A stretch of DNA of 64,000 nucleotides. It comes from Vicugna vicugna (Eukaryota). Shown in pieces: positions 14,468 through 27,970 of this stretch. The notes under the pieces are model-generated. The model was given only the letters and a program-made list of their open reading frames with translations, did not search any database and was not told the origin of the DNA. Numbering within the stretch: the stretch's first letter is position 1; each line of letters opens with the position of its first letter. The DNA lies in the NCBI GenBank assembly GCA_013265495.1, contig MU058844.1, positions 2,707,520-2,771,519 of the forward strand. The letters run 5' to 3'. Both the position numbers and the translations under genes were made by a program.

Positions 14468-17103
14468 TGATGCAGGCTGGGGTTTACAGGAAGCAGATGC
14501 TTAGAGACTCCTAGAGACAGAGTTTAGAATGTAGGATGTTAATTAAGACGTGTCCTTGGGATTAACAGCCATGGGAAAAAAAGGAAAAGAAGTAAGATTG
14601 AGCAGAGAGAGAAGAAAGGTTGCCAGTTCAACCTAATAGCACCAGTCAAACCCCTGGGGAGTTCTAAGCTGAAAGAGCCCAAGAGTGTTGTTTCACTTTG
14701 GGCTAAATGGATTGGAACTTTCTATCCTCGCCTCGATCACTCTTTGGATGTGGACCACCCCTGGAAGGGGATGATCTTGGGAAAAATGGACCTCTCTAGC
14801 TGACAAATGCCTAGCTGAATGTTGTCTGCTGATAACACTCCCAGCAGTTTGGGGATGTCAGGGGTCATATCTGTGTTCACCGCTGGTCACCCCTTGCAGC
14901 TCTATGATCACTATCATCACTTTCTCCACAGACACACCCCCGTCCATATATAGACAGAGCAGTTCTTCCATGACTTTTCCATTCATTCTATGTTCCTTTC
15001 ACCTTCAGGTTCTGGTCTTAGTGGCTTACCTAGTAATATGACCTAGATCCTTATCCCTTATGGGTGTGAATTCTTGGTCACCATGACCTTCTCAAACCAG
15101 GATTGTTATATTTTCCTTTTACCAGCACAGCTGAGCGAGGAAATATCAAGAGATGCTCAAGTAAATCCTAGATGCCAAACATATTCTTCCCTGCCTCCAA
15201 GGAGTAATAGCAGTCCTACCTCCTCCTGATGATCAAGTCAATCACCCCGGCCAAACTGCTTTCTGATCCCTGCATACGAGAAGACTAAAACAGCTAGGCA
15301 GTTTTGCAGTTCTATAAGCATGTCAATATGTCCCATGGCTGGAGAAGCCCACTTTGGGAAGAGAAACTTGTAACCATGCAGAGACCAGACTTGTAGAAAC
15401 AGAATAGCCAAATTTGTCCACTGAGTCATTAGGAGTGATAAGTGAAGCCATTCCTGCTTCTAGTCTTAAGTTTCCAAACCCATGTAACTTTCCAGTGGGG
15501 CATAGCACCATATAAAATGTTTTGATTCTAGGTATATACAGCAAACTGGAGGATGGTGCCCCATCTTCAGAATGTTGATATGAGCTATGTGTACTTTGCT
15601 TTGAATCCTTGAGTTTGCCATTTCCACACTTTATCAGGTCAATAGATTCTGGGTGATACAGAGTGTGATATAATCAGTGAACCCCACAGTAGGAAGCTCA
15701 CTATTTTGCTGTAAAGCAGATATTTATTGGGAAATAATATAATGTGATCTGGTGCTGGTAGATTGAACATTTTCTGAGAACTTAGATAATGGTTTGGCTG
15801 AGGCTGTGCAGGCAGAAAAGGCAAACTCATGCAGAGATTATGTGTCAATTGTGTTAGAATGGATGTCTGTCCCTTCCAGGTTCCAAAGGACCCAATTTGG
15901 TCAACTTGCCAGTTGGTTTCCTTGAGAAATGGTACCATATTGGGAGATCAGGATTAGTCTTTGTTACTGGCAGTTTGGTCATTTGGCATTGGCAGGAGCT
16001 ATATCAGCCTGGGTGAATGGGAGCTCACCAACTCTCATGGATCTGTAAAGAGTCTTCATCCCTGACACTGTGGTCACTTCCTTCACACATTCATTATGCC
16101 ACTGCTGGAGTGACCACTGTCAAAATCTGGCTGACATCTACTGGCTGACTCATTCTATCTCCTTCACTTTTTAATACTTCTATGATGAATATTATCTAAT
16201 CTAACATGTAATTCTAAGATAGTCACACTTTGTGCCTTCTCTCATACATCTATCTATATTTCTCTACTTCAAACCCCCTTGTCCTTAACCTTCCTGATTT
16301 TCTTCCTCTAGGTCCCTGACCTTCCATCAATGAAACTGTATATATGCTAATTTTGGACTACTTCCCAAATGGCAGGTGGATAACCAGTTGCATCACCTAA
16401 AACTCTGCCCATTGAAATTTATCTTTGCCTCTTCACTCTCTTTGAAGACCACTGCTGAGTAAGGCTGTAATGCAGCTGCTATCTATTTTTGACTTGTCCC
16501 AACATGCCAGGATGACCAAACTGTAAAACCCTGGCGGCTTCTTCTTCTTCTATCAGTTGGTCATACAAAGTCATCACACTGTAATAGGTATAAGCTAAAA
16601 GTGGGTACCAGTGCAACAATGGTGGATGGTATGGGTCTGGGCCACCTGCTCTCACTTTTCTTTGTATTCTCTGGTCCCTTTCATAAGTGATCTTGGATAT
16701 ACCACTTCCATCTATGATAGCTTACTGCTACATTCTTTGGTAGATCAGAGTATACCTAGTTAATAATGGGCCGTTCTAGACTCATAGCCACTTACCATCC
16801 CATGGTCAGATTTAAAAGTTAAATTGTAATGCAGGCTCAATAGCCACAAATAACTCTATTGGGAAGTCTTGGAGCTGGAAAGGCTCATCAGAGTAGTCAT
16901 GCTTTAGGCTAGTATGACCAGTCCTTTATTCCTCTGCCTCAGTTGGTCTTTGGTTGTGGGCTAACCCTGGAAGGCGTGGCTTTGGGTGAGGCAGCTCTCT
17001 AAAACTGAAGCAATCTTTGAGAGAGGTGACAGCTGAAAACTGCTGACAGAAGTTCCAGCAGCTGGAGGAAACTGGGTGCCATATATCCACATCCATCTCA
17101 CCA
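14468..17103 (-). mobile_element. Deleted ERVL provirus relic (LTR16/ERV3-16A3-like): 3' LTR ~14468-14885, pol remnant, partial 5' LTR ~16830-17103
   Basis: Two mutually similar LTR segments; PPT-like 'gcaaggggtgac' before the 3' LTR on the minus strand; ORF 15639-15938 contains WQVDQIGSFGTWKGQTSILT, a decayed ERVL integrase WQVDYIGPLPSWKGQ motif. Confidence 0.82.
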
Positions 17104-17359
17104 CGTGAAAGAGACAACTTTGTGTTGGTGGGAAAGAAGTAACTCAATTTGTCTCTAATTCCATAAATATTGTTGATTCCCCATTTGCCAATGTAAGCTG
17201 TTCCAAATTAGTTATAAAAGAAATAAGATGATATTATCAAGTAACAAGTTGAATAAGTGATACATCACAAAGCAGAGGTACCTTACGCATATATAACTAA
17301 TCTATGACAATGGTGGTACCACAGGGCAGTGGGAAAATGTCTTTTTTATAGCAGATATT

Positions 17360-17850
17360 CACAACTTTTTAATTTTAAAATTTAAAAAATTACTAACAGT
17401 AAAATTCATTTGTTATGCATTGGACAAGTGTATAGAATTGTACATACCACAACCCAAAATATTCCCTCAGGCTGTCCCTTGACCCAATCTATCTCCTGAT
17501 TGGGAGACCCAATCTATCTCTTGTTTTCTATCCCTATAGTTTTGCCTTTGTGATGTAAATGATAATGTAAATGCCAGAATACCATACAAATAGAACTATA
17601 CAGTACATTGCCTTTTGTGTCTGGCTTCATTCCCTTAGCAAAATGTATTTGGGATTTATCCATGTTGCTGCATCTATCAATAATTCATTACCTTTTATTG
17701 ATGTGTAGCTTTCTACTGTATGTATGTACCACAGTATTTTTTTATTATCTCTTGAAAGACAACTGGATTGTTTACAGTTTTGGGAGCTTATGAATAAAGC
17801 TTCTATAAACATTCATGTGTGTGAACGTAAGTTTTCATTTCTCTTGTGGT
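17360..17850 (-). mobile_element. Old L1 3' end (L1MC/ME-like)
   Basis: ORF 17627-17812 (MFIEALFI...ATWINPKYILLRE) is a decayed L1 ORF2 C-terminus. Confidence 0.82.
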
Positions 17851-17859
17851 AAAAAATCC

Positions 17860-18190
17860 TATCTTTTCAATAAATGGTCCTGGATCAATTGGATATCCAC
17901 AAGAAAAAAACAAAACTAAGTTTTTGTTTCCCACTCATGAAAATTAATTACTAATGGTTTGTAGATTTGTAGTGAAATATTTCTCAAGCAGGGTATAATC
18001 ATTAATCATAAAGAAATATTTTATTAAATTGAACTATACTAAAATGAAAAAAATTTGTTTATCAAAGACGCCATTAAGTGGGGAAAAAAAGTCTCAGACT
18101 GAGAAAAGAAATATATAACATAACAACTAACTGAGGACTTTACATATTTTTATGTAATCAATTAGAAAATGTAGACAGCTTAAGAGGGGG
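17860..18190 (+). mobile_element. Old L1 ORF2 fragment
   Basis: 'tcttttcaataaatggtcctggatcaattggatatccac' L1 ORF2 motif. Confidence 0.65.
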
Positions 18191-19079
18191 TGGGGAGGGT
18201 GCTGGAAAGACAGAAGGGAATAGACAAGAAAGCTGAAAGGCAAGCTTGCTACCTTCAGAGTGTGTGCATATGCGTATGCTTGTGTACATGTGTGAATATA
18301 CCTCTTCCTTGCCTCGCTGGTTTTGTTGAGACAGTTTTCTACAATTTTTCTGTTCTCTCTCTGTCTTCCTTCTCCCATTGCTGTCCCACCCATTAAGGCA
18401 GAGGTAGTTAACTGATTGGGAAGTTTGGAAGAAGACTGAGGCTTGCGTAACCCATTCCTTTCCTCTCTCCCTTCTCTGGGTGTCCCAGCCTACATGGAAC
18501 ATGTCTCTTGCTTTTTTATAGTTATCACATAAGCTCACTGCTACAACATGAGCTCAGCTCTAGAGGCAATTTCCCTACAGTGGGGTTGCTCTGTCCTGTG
18601 CAGGATGGCCACAAGGAACTGGGAATGGCTATCTTCTTGGAGAGTTTAGGCTGTTAAGCCTTTTCAGTAACAATGGCAATCAAAAGCCTTCAACCATCTT
18701 GCTGGGTTTTATTTCATTTTGATTTCTAATTTCTCACTTGCTTCAGCGTCAGAATGGAAAAAGGTAGGGAAGAGAGATGCTAATTATAGAGCATTCTCAA
18801 TACCCAAATACACAAACTCTCATATGGAATACATTCATAAAATTGTATGCAAATAGAGTCATTCTCTCTTAAATGTTATGACATTCTAAATTCGATAATA
18901 GAAATACATTTACTTGCTTACCTTCCCTATGTCAAAAAAATTTTTTTCCCTTTGAGTTTTTCACTTCTCTGTATCTTCCATAAAGGCTCACTGAGGCCTT
19001 TGATGTCATTTAGTCTAAGATCTCAGGGAAGATGAGGAAGAGGAGGAAAAAGAAAGAAGGAAGGAAGAGAAGAAAATAT

Positions 19080-19222
19080 TAATAATACTTTCTGTCTATT
19101 AAATGCTTTCTGTGTGTCAGGCACTTACTGCTTTATGTGTATGATCTGATTCAATCCTCATGACCAGCCTACTTTACAAATAAGGAAACTGAAGCTAAAA
19201 AAATTAAGCAAGGTGCCTAATA
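19080..19222 (-). mobile_element. MIR SINE (host of the tRNA-derived SINE)
   Basis: 'tttacaaataaggaaactgaagct' MIR core. Confidence 0.7.
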
Positions 19223-19238
19223 CCAAAAAACTTGATAA

Positions 19239-19392
19239 GGGGGAGGGTATAGCTCAGTGGTAGAGTGTGTGCTTAGCATGCATGAGATCCTGGGTTCAAT
19301 CCCCAGTACCTCCATTAAAAAAAAAAAATCTAAACAAATAAATAAACTTAATTACCTCCTCCCACTAAAAAAATAAAAAATATTTAACAAAA
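19239..19392 (+). mobile_element. tRNA-Ala-derived SINE (camelid Vic-1-like)
   Basis: Head GGGGAGGGTATAGCTCAGTGGTAGAG...GGTTCAATCCCCAGTACCTCCA with Pol III A and B boxes, A-rich tail, 15-bp TSD CAAAAAACTTGATAA at 19224-19238 and 19393-19407. Confidence 0.93.
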
Positions 19393-19759
19393 CAAAAAAC
19401 TTGATAAAAGTTTTACTTCTCTGAATTTCCATGTCATTTTCCATGTCATATTTTTTATCCAGCCCTTGCCACTTCTTGTCATGTTAATTTCATTTTTCCT
19501 ATGTTTCTAACCTCATGAAATCAATTATTAGCCTCTTTAAAACATGCATTATTTCTCATTTCAATTTATATCTACAATTTAAACAACACCTTGTACACAA
19601 TAGGAGCTCCATCACTGTTTGTTATTAATGACATAAGAGCTCATAGCAAATAAGACCATAAGATAAGTTCAATGGATAAAATAGGGAACTTGGTCTCTGT
19701 GTCATATAACCTGTAAAAGGTTATGTTATCTACAAATAAAATGTGTAGTGTAAACTTTA

Positions 19760-19905
19760 AGGACTGAAATCAGAGACCTAGCTGTACTGCTTACTGGCTG
19801 TGAGCCCCTGAACTAGTCCTCAATCTCTCAAAGATTTTGCTTCCTCTCCTCAGGAAGGAATCACATCTCCCTGAAAGGGTTGTGAAGAGGCAACAATAGC
19901 TTGGG
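19760..19905 (+). mobile_element. MIR SINE fragment
   Basis: 'aatcagagacctag...gcttactggctgtgagcccctgaactagtc' similarity to MIR. Confidence 0.55.
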
Positions 19906-20639
19906 CAGACTAAAAACTGTAATAATGTGATACTGTCAATTTATATCAGTCATTTGATAATATTATGTGATATACATGTAGAGTATGATACATGAGATAC
20001 AATATGCATTGTACCATACAATATGCTACAGAGACATCACATAGTGTTACACTGTCATTTTAAAATATCTGTTAATTTTTTGGTCATAGCCCATAGTGAG
20101 CTCTCAACAAATATTAAGCCTGATTCCCTAGACAGAGTAAATGCTGTTATTGTCACTGATGTGTAGTTGCTGCTTCTTTCATCTGTCTTCTTTATTTCTC
20201 CCTCTGCCTGTCATTTCTGTCCCCAGGCATATGTCCTGTCAGAACCATGAAATATTAATCAACTCCCTGAGGGAAAGCTTTCCCTAGAACTATTCTTCTG
20301 CCTAATTTTCCAAGCTTCTGTGAATCCCTCTTTCCTCAACCTTATCCTATTCTTGCTGCAGACCTAGATTGAAGACACTTTAGCTCATGCTGGCAAACTG
20401 TTGCATTGGGTTGGTAGAGTCCATATTAAGTCACCATCGGGTTCCTGCAGCAGCATGGATAACTGACTGTGTATAATAACACCGGTTTAAAAATGCTTAT
20501 TGGTTGAAATTTAACTTCATCATAGGACACACTCACCTATATTATCTCTTCCATACCCTTTCAAGAAATTCTTTATGCCTAACATAATTGTATGTTTCTG
20601 AAGGCAAAGCCCTAAAAGAAGATACTCATCACATTAAAT

Positions 20640-21380
20640 TTTTTGAGACACACAAAAATCATTTTTAAAAATGTATTTAGAAAAGCATATGCTCTTGATT
20701 TTAGAAAATTCAACCAAGATAGATAGCTATGAAACAAAATCCTCCAAGCCCCCATGATCCTACCTTTATCACTGTTAGAAATAATCATTATTAATTAATT
20801 CTTGTGTATACTTTCAGAAAATAGATATACAAACACAAATGTGCCTCAGTCTTACACATCTTCATACTCCCTGCACACACACTTATTCACATACTAGAAT
20901 TTGTACACATATAATTTATTTTTTTAATTCATGTAGTATGTGTTACTCATATTGTTCTGTAACTTAAATATCTGAAATACAATAATCATAATTATAATAG
21001 TTGTATATTAGATACAGAATCTATTTATTTTATATTATTTATTTTAATTACACTTACAGTATTCCACTGAATGGGCATTCCATAACTTATCATGGAATTC
21101 TCTTATTTATGAAGATTTCACTTTTTCCCCCCTTTTTTTGGTGGTTACAAACAGCGCTGCACTGAATGTGGTTGTGACTTCATTATTGCAAACTTGGGTC
21201 AACATTCATACACCCATAGGTGGCTTACAGAAAAGGGACATGGTTCTGTTAAAGTAAACTTTTTTGTATTTTGATAGGCATTTTTCTCCCACAGTCTGAC
21301 TTGTTTACACCCCCAACAAAAGTGTATGAGAATGCCACTTTTATAGTTGATTAAAAAAATAGCAACCTATTATATTGCTA
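20640..21380 (-). mobile_element. Old L1ME-like 3' fragments
   Basis: 'tattccactgaatgggcattccataactta', 'acacccccaacaaaagtgtatgagaatgcc' antisense L1 motifs. Confidence 0.6.
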
Positions 21381-21565
21381 TCTTATCTTGCACGTCTGCC
21401 TTTATGAATGAAGCTGATCATTTCTTCATTATTTTTCCGTTCCATGAGTGGCATATAAATGCAACTGTACATTGCATTCCTAGCTTTTTCCTGCCATAGA
21501 ACATGCTCTCCAGAATGGTAGCAGTCTTGTGCGAAAGGGGAGAGCTTAACACAGTAGCAGCTGAG

Positions 21566-21995
21566 CAGCAGTTCTCTAACATTCTGCCTCAGGATTCCTT
21601 TTACATTCTTAAAAACTATTGAGGCCAAAGTGCTTGTGTTTATATAGGTTATATCTAGTGATATTTATCACATTAATAAGACTAAAATAATAATTATTTA
21701 ATATAATGCTAAACTCTTCATAAATTAATATAAATGAGTTTTAATGAAAATAACATTTTAAAGAATTTCTGTTCTTTAAACAGGTAAATTCTGGTATCTG
21801 CTTCTGAATCCAATTTATGTCCATATCAAATATCATGTTGCCTCTGGAAAACTCCAGGATACTGTTGTGAGATAGCAAAAGTGAAAAGGGCAAATAATGG
21901 CTCAGTCGTATTACAAAAGAGGTCTTTAACCTCATGTACCTGAAAAGGTCTTTGTGTACCCAGAGGTACTTGGACCACACTTTGAGAACCACTCT
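21566..21995. mobile_element. hAT-Charlie non-autonomous DNA transposon (Charlie1a/b-like)
   Basis: Terminal inverted repeats CAGCAGTTCTC...GAGAACCACT and internal 'cctcaggattccttttacattcttaaaaactattgagg'. Confidence 0.8.
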
Positions 21996-22599
21996 GTTAG
22001 AACAGGAATTTCTGTCTATAGAAATAAGCAAGAATATCCTGCTTGCTTTTTATGTCCTTTGAGCTTGGGTGCTCAGGCTTCAGAAATCAACTAATAAATA
22101 GCAAAGTTATAACAGAGAGACAGCCTGTGTAATAAGGAAGAAAAAACCACCAAGACATCAAGGATTGATTAAAGCAATTTTTTTCTTTGTGGCTTGATAG
22201 TTATAGACAAACGAATAATCCTCTGCCACAGAAAGTTTATTTTGCAAAATTTTGAGCCTAAGGAAGATTCAAAATTGAAGCTAACACTACAAGTGTTCCA
22301 ATATTTTATTTTTGTATCTTCAATTATAATTATGTCTAGTGATTAAATCTGATGTTGACTGTGCCTGGGCTCAATGTATTATATTATTAAGTTTTTTTTT
22401 CACTAACAAAAATGATGGAAGTTCAATTTCTGCATGAGAATATGAGCTACCAAGCTTTTTCGCAACCTTCCCTCAGAATTTCAGTTTCATCTGTTTTCCT
22501 ACTGATATTCAGAGCTCTGTGCTATTATTTTTCTTTTATTGTCTTACTTTATTATATACACACATAAAATTTAGATGTATTCATAAATGCAATTTCACA

Positions 22600-23400
22600 C
22601 ATGTGTATTTCTCTTTTGTTTGCCTCCTCCAACTTGCTATTCTCTTAATCTATTCAGGTCATTTTCCTCTCTGACACCCCAAGTAAGTCATCATTCTTCA
22701 TATTTATTTCCATGCTCCCATAATAATATATTTCCTATACACACACATAAGTACAAACATGCATTAAAAAGTTCAAATATTTTTCAAATAAATATGATCA
22801 TAATACATACATCTTTCTGTATCTTTGTTTCACTCAGTAATTTTCCAGGGGAATACAACAAGGGAATGAGTATACTTTTAATTAATTATTCTTAAGGGTT
22901 GCAAAACATTTTAAGTTTAGTCAACTATCTATTCTCTTATTATGGGCATTTTCATTGCTGATGATTAGGTTTTATTAATTTATTATTATTATTTCATATC
23001 CTTGCCACTCTAAACAATGCTGAAATACAAATACAAACTCTTGATATATATATTTATACACTAGCACTTTCATTTTTATAGGACAAAAGGACAGAATTCT
23101 AAAGTGGAACTGTTGGGTCAACAGGTTTTTATAAGTTAAAAACAAAAAATTAATAGAAGTTGCAGATTGCTTTTCAGACAGGATGTAGAATTCACATTGC
23201 CATCAGCAAGGTGTAAGAATATCCTTAAACTTGTTAAAGGTATAAAATTTTACACTTGTTAAATTTTAAAAGTCTGACTAGTATAAAATAATGACTCATT
23301 CTCTTACTCATGAGTTGGAACATATTTTCATACTTTGTTGAAATTTTGAACAAAGTTCTTCTGCAAATAATCTACTTAATTTTTTTTTTTTGCATACTTT
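22600..23400 (-). mobile_element. Old L1ME-like 3' fragments
   Basis: 'aattctaaagtggaactgttgggtcaa', 'cacattgccatcagcaaggtgtaagaat'. Confidence 0.6.
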
Positions 23401-24391
23401 CCTATGAGCTAGTATAACAGCATGTTCACACGGGACTCTTCATGCTTACGGCTTTGGCTTAGACAGCAGTCCTGAGAACTGTAGATACTACCCTCACATT
23501 CCAAATCAAAAGGCCAGTTTTTCTACATAGGACTCAAAAAGGACGTATCAAAAACTGGTTCAATAAACATTAATCTATCATTCATATCCAGGATCTACAA
23601 GAGATCTAAAACTATATTAAAAGTTTAAAGAGACCAATAATAGAGGACATTGCAAGTGTTAGGAAGAAAAAAAAGTGTTTCTCCTTCCCTTAAAGCCAAG
23701 CAAGAAGCTTTGATAATGGCGTGGGGAGCTAGATATATGTCCCCAGAAATTGGAGTGGTGCAGAAATTAGGACATGACTCACACTTAAAAAGTCTAAAGC
23801 AGGTGAGAAGGACTTGCTGGGCAGAGCAGAGACAACAATGGGAGCAGCTGCCCCTTGAGAATCTGCCAGGAAATGGACAGGCATTTTTCTACAAGCCAGA
23901 TGAGGTCCCTGTGTCAGAAATCCAGACTTGAGGTATTTTAAAAGGATGAGCGGTGGGGAAATGACTTGAACTGAGGATGGGCCATGAGGAGCCACAGTCT
24001 GAGCTGAGGAAGCCTTGACTGCCGATGATGGGACATCCCCAGTGGCAGGTCTAGAACATCTGCCTCTACCAGAGACGCCAACACAAGGTACAACTGTGTA
24101 AATTGTCTGGCCCCTTAGCCGTACTCCTACTGTGTTTCAATCTTGAAGGATCTTAAAAGCAGCTTTGTGAGCAGGGGGAGTGGAAAGGAGCAAAAAGGAG
24201 CACACAGGCAAGGTGAAAACATAGAAGATGGTTACACTCCCATATTACTTTGCCTGGAAGTATTTTATTTACCTTTCCTGACTTTTTTGGGTGATTACTG
24301 AGATACTTTACTTTCCATTTTTCTTCTCTATTAACTAAGGCCATAAATGCTTCTGAGTACTACTTTCACTATTTCCCAAAGGAAATAAAAG

Positions 24392-25375
24392 AAGACACCA
24401 TAAACCTCCTAGAAGAGAACATAGGCAAAACATTCTCTGATACAAATCATAGCAATGTTCTCCTAGGACAGTTTACCCAGGCAATAAAAATAAAAGCAAA
24501 AATAAACAAGTGGGACCTAATTAAATGTATGAGCTTTTTCACAGCAAAGGAAACCACAGACAAAATGAAAAGATAACCTATGGAATGGGAGAAAATATCT
24601 GCAAACAATGCAACTGACCAGGGCTTAATTTCCAGAACATATAAACAGTTCAACAACTCAATAACAACAACAACAACAACAACAACAAGAACTCAATCCA
24701 AAAATGGGCAGAAGACCTAAACAAACATTTCTCCAATAAAAACATAAAAATGGTCAATAGGTACATGAAAAAACGCTCAATATCACTAATTATCAGAGAA
24801 ATACAAATCAAAACCACAATGAGGTATCATGTCACACAGGTTAGAAGCCATCATTAAAAAGCCCACAAACGATAAATGCAGGAGAGGGTGTAGAGAAAAG
24901 GGAACTCTCCTACACTGTTGGTGGGAATGTAGTTTGGTGCAGTTTCATGGAAAACAGTATAGACAGTCCTTAAAAAACTGAAAATAGACTTACCTTATGA
25001 TCTAGCAATCCCACTCCTGGGCATATATCCAGAGGAAACTCTAATTTGAAAAGATTTATGCATCCCAATGTTCATAGCAGCACTATTTACAATAGTCGAC
25101 ACATGGAAGCAACCTAGATGCCCATTGACAGATTAACTGGATAAAGAATTTGTGACACACACATATATATATATAGACAGATAGATATAGATATAGATAT
25201 AGATACAGATACAGATACAGATACAGATATAGATATAGATATAAACTACTCAGTCATAAAAAAGAATAAAACAATGCCTTTTGCAGCAACATGGATGGAC
25301 CTGTAGGTTGTCATACCAAGTGAAGTAAGCCAGAAAGTGAAAAAAAAATACAATATGATCTCACATATATGTATG
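24392..25375 (+). mobile_element. Relatively young L1 ORF2 3' fragment lacking 3'UTR and poly(A)
   Basis: 'ctcctagaagagaacataggcaaaacattctctga...agcaatcccactcctgggcatatatcc...gcagcaacatggatggacct'; similar to the L1 copies at 5341 and 40325. Confidence 0.92.
25155..25243. repeat. Compound microsatellite (CA/TA/ATAG/ATATAG/ATACAG) inside L1
   Basis: Directly visible tandem units. Confidence 0.9.
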
Positions 25376-25524
25376 AATTCAGAGATCTGAAGTTTAGGAT
25401 ATTACTAAAAAGGAGCAACCAGGCAACATATGCATGACCCCAAAATCTACAGCTTTCCTAGATGTGATATAACATTATGCTGTATTAACCAAAGTGTTTT
25501 TATTTCCCTGCCTTCTTTAACTCT

Positions 25525-25725
25525 AGTGGCCAGTTTTCCTTCAGGAAACATTTGGCAATGTCTGGAGACACTTTTGAGTGTCATAACAGAGGGTGGGTAC
25601 TAACGGTATCTAGTCGGTGGAGGCCAGTGATGCTAAGAAACATCCTAGAATACAGAGGACAGCCCTTCACAACAAAGAATTATCCAACCCAAAATGTCAA
25701 TAGTACCAAAGTTGAGAGGCTCTGG
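25525..25725. mobile_element. MER20 (hAT-Charlie)
   Basis: 'acatttggcaatgtctggagacacttttg...gaggccagtgatgctaagaaacatcc...cacaacaaagaattatccaacccaaaatgtcaatagt'. Confidence 0.9.
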
Positions 25726-27829
25726 TTTAAGACATTAATTTCCTCACTGTCCCAACCTCCTTAGTGTAGATATGATATTTGTATCACTATGTCACTTTTA
25801 AGTGACATTCTGTAAGTATCAAGCATGAAATAGACCATTTGATTATTTCATTTCTTCCTATCTGTATTTATACACACCACTTTTCACCAATACTTCTTAC
25901 TTTTGAATATATTTGTGTCACTCTCCTGGGTGAATCCATGGTAGTTATATAGTATCTTTTAAAATGTGGCCATCCAACAACTCTGAAGAAATACACAAAC
26001 CTTATCTGAAAAACAAATTGGTTGCAGTTATAGCTTCATCTGGTCCCTTGGCATATATCTGTAATGCTGATTTAGTACATCTGATAAGTGTTTCCCTAAT
26101 GCATCTCTTTAGCAGCATTAGAAATAATAGCTGAAAGAAATGAGTCTTTCCAGTTGTAGTAACTATCGTTGGAGAGTATTTTAAATCAAATTTATTGCTA
26201 GAATATTTGTAATGCCCAAAAATTTGATTTGTATAATTTGTACATTTCTTTGCTAGGTGCCATGCTGAAAAGTATTAACACAGAGGCTTGCCATTATAAA
26301 TAGGATTGCTGTTGTGTTGTTTTTTTCTTTAGTTTTTCTGAAATTGCAATTAATGAAGAGAAACAATTAAATAGCTGTTAAGAGAAGCTGTCTGGGATAC
26401 TCGCTGTCTTTATCCAATGCTATCTGCCCCACTGCAGATCTTTATCTATATATAAAAATTTGCCTTTAGTTTTTGAGAAAATAGCATGTTTTAGTATCTC
26501 AATTATCTTTCTGGTAAGAGATGAAAAATCATAGTTTACTTTTAAGATGAAGAGTATGACCTAGAAATGTTTTTGTTCATGCATCAAGACTCCATTCATG
26601 CATAAGTATGCCAAGGGAGTAATCAAGGTAGCTGTTTCTGTCTTCCCTGACTGCTGGGTGTTATTACCCCAATCAAGCACATTAAACACATTGTGGAGGA
26701 GATAGGAAAGGAAATGAGCCTTAAAACATGTTTTTAAAGATATTTTTAACTTGGCAGTCTTCTCAGTCTTCTAATAGGGAATCATTTTTCTTTTGAGGAG
26801 CAATGGATGGTCAGTATCAGTTACTTTTCAGAATGCGAGTTGAAAAGAACGTATCTTATGCTAGGTACTTGATTTTGAAAACAATTTTGTTTTTGAAAAA
26901 TAAAAATCACTTTACAATGAAAACTTTTTAATACTCTAGATAAGATTGCTCTATTCAGATACTACATAATGTCAAAGCATTCAAAGGAATGCTGTAATTT
27001 AGGGCAGAAATGCAACAATTTTTGAGACGGTAATGAAAAACACTTGGCTTATGTGATAAAGAACAAAATAAAAGAGAAGAGTAATCTCATGAATTTGGCA
27101 AAATAAATGCCTTTAATCTTATCTAGATACTCATAAATTATTTGGCACAATATCAAGTTAATCGTTCTGTTTACAGGAAGATGACGTTTTAAGTACAAGA
27201 GAATTTTTTTTCCCCTTTCCTAGTGAAATGTAAGATAAATGAACAATCTTTCTTTTGTGCTGCAGTGGAATGATTAGAATAAGAAAAAGTGTATGCCCAT
27301 TAAAAAAGAATCTGACTTTTATTTTCTGAGGGTAACAAACAAAAATAGTGCCATTGATTCTACCAAACTTTATTTCTCTTGATGACCTGAAATTTCAATG
27401 TCTATGAGAAAAACTTGACTTGGCCTAGGATTCTGGCTAGCATTCAGATTCCCTCCCAATGTTGTGAAATCTCATGAGAGAGCATAAGCTAATAGGAGTA
27501 TTAAATTTATTCCAACTTTGCAATTGTACGACCACTAATTAATAGCCGATTTTATTACCATTCATTGTCTTCAGAAGGCAGGCACTTTTTTCTATCATGA
27601 GCCACTCAAAAACAATCACCCACAATGTACAAATACAAAATCATTTGTCTGTAACAGCAAGAACAATTTGTACCCTCCAAAATGCTGTTTTTAGTTTCCA
27701 GCAACCTGCAAAAATATTGCTGAATATATGCAGAATGAGTGAATGGACTGTTAACAGGAATTTCATGTTTGTATTATCTTGTAGATTTCAAAAAAAAAAT
27801 TTGTTTTTCAGAAATTGATCATTCAACTT

Positions 27830-27970
27830 TACAATCTTTGCTTTCAGTAGGATGAATATTAGGCTTATTTATGGATGAGGAGACTGAGGTTCAGAGCTGT
27901 TGCATGGTTTACATAAGGCTACAGAGTCAGCAAGTGATAGAGTCGATAATAAAACTAATGTCTTTTGTAC
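27830..27970 (-). mobile_element. MIR SINE
   Basis: 'atggatgaggagactgaggttcagag'. Confidence 0.7.

Noticed and set aside
15639..15938. Functional or domesticated integrase
   Set aside because: Only a short motif is readable; the frame is disrupted and there is no long ORF.
19239..19315. tRNA-Ala(AGC) gene (also 36640-36715)
   Set aside because: Extra 5' bases, CpG decay, A-rich tails and TSDs identify these as retroposed SINEs, not tRNA genes.
23410..24270. Ancient LTR-like segment (also ~31690-32560)
   Set aside because: Composition suggests an old LTR, but I could not define termini, a TSD or a family, so it is not listed as a feature.
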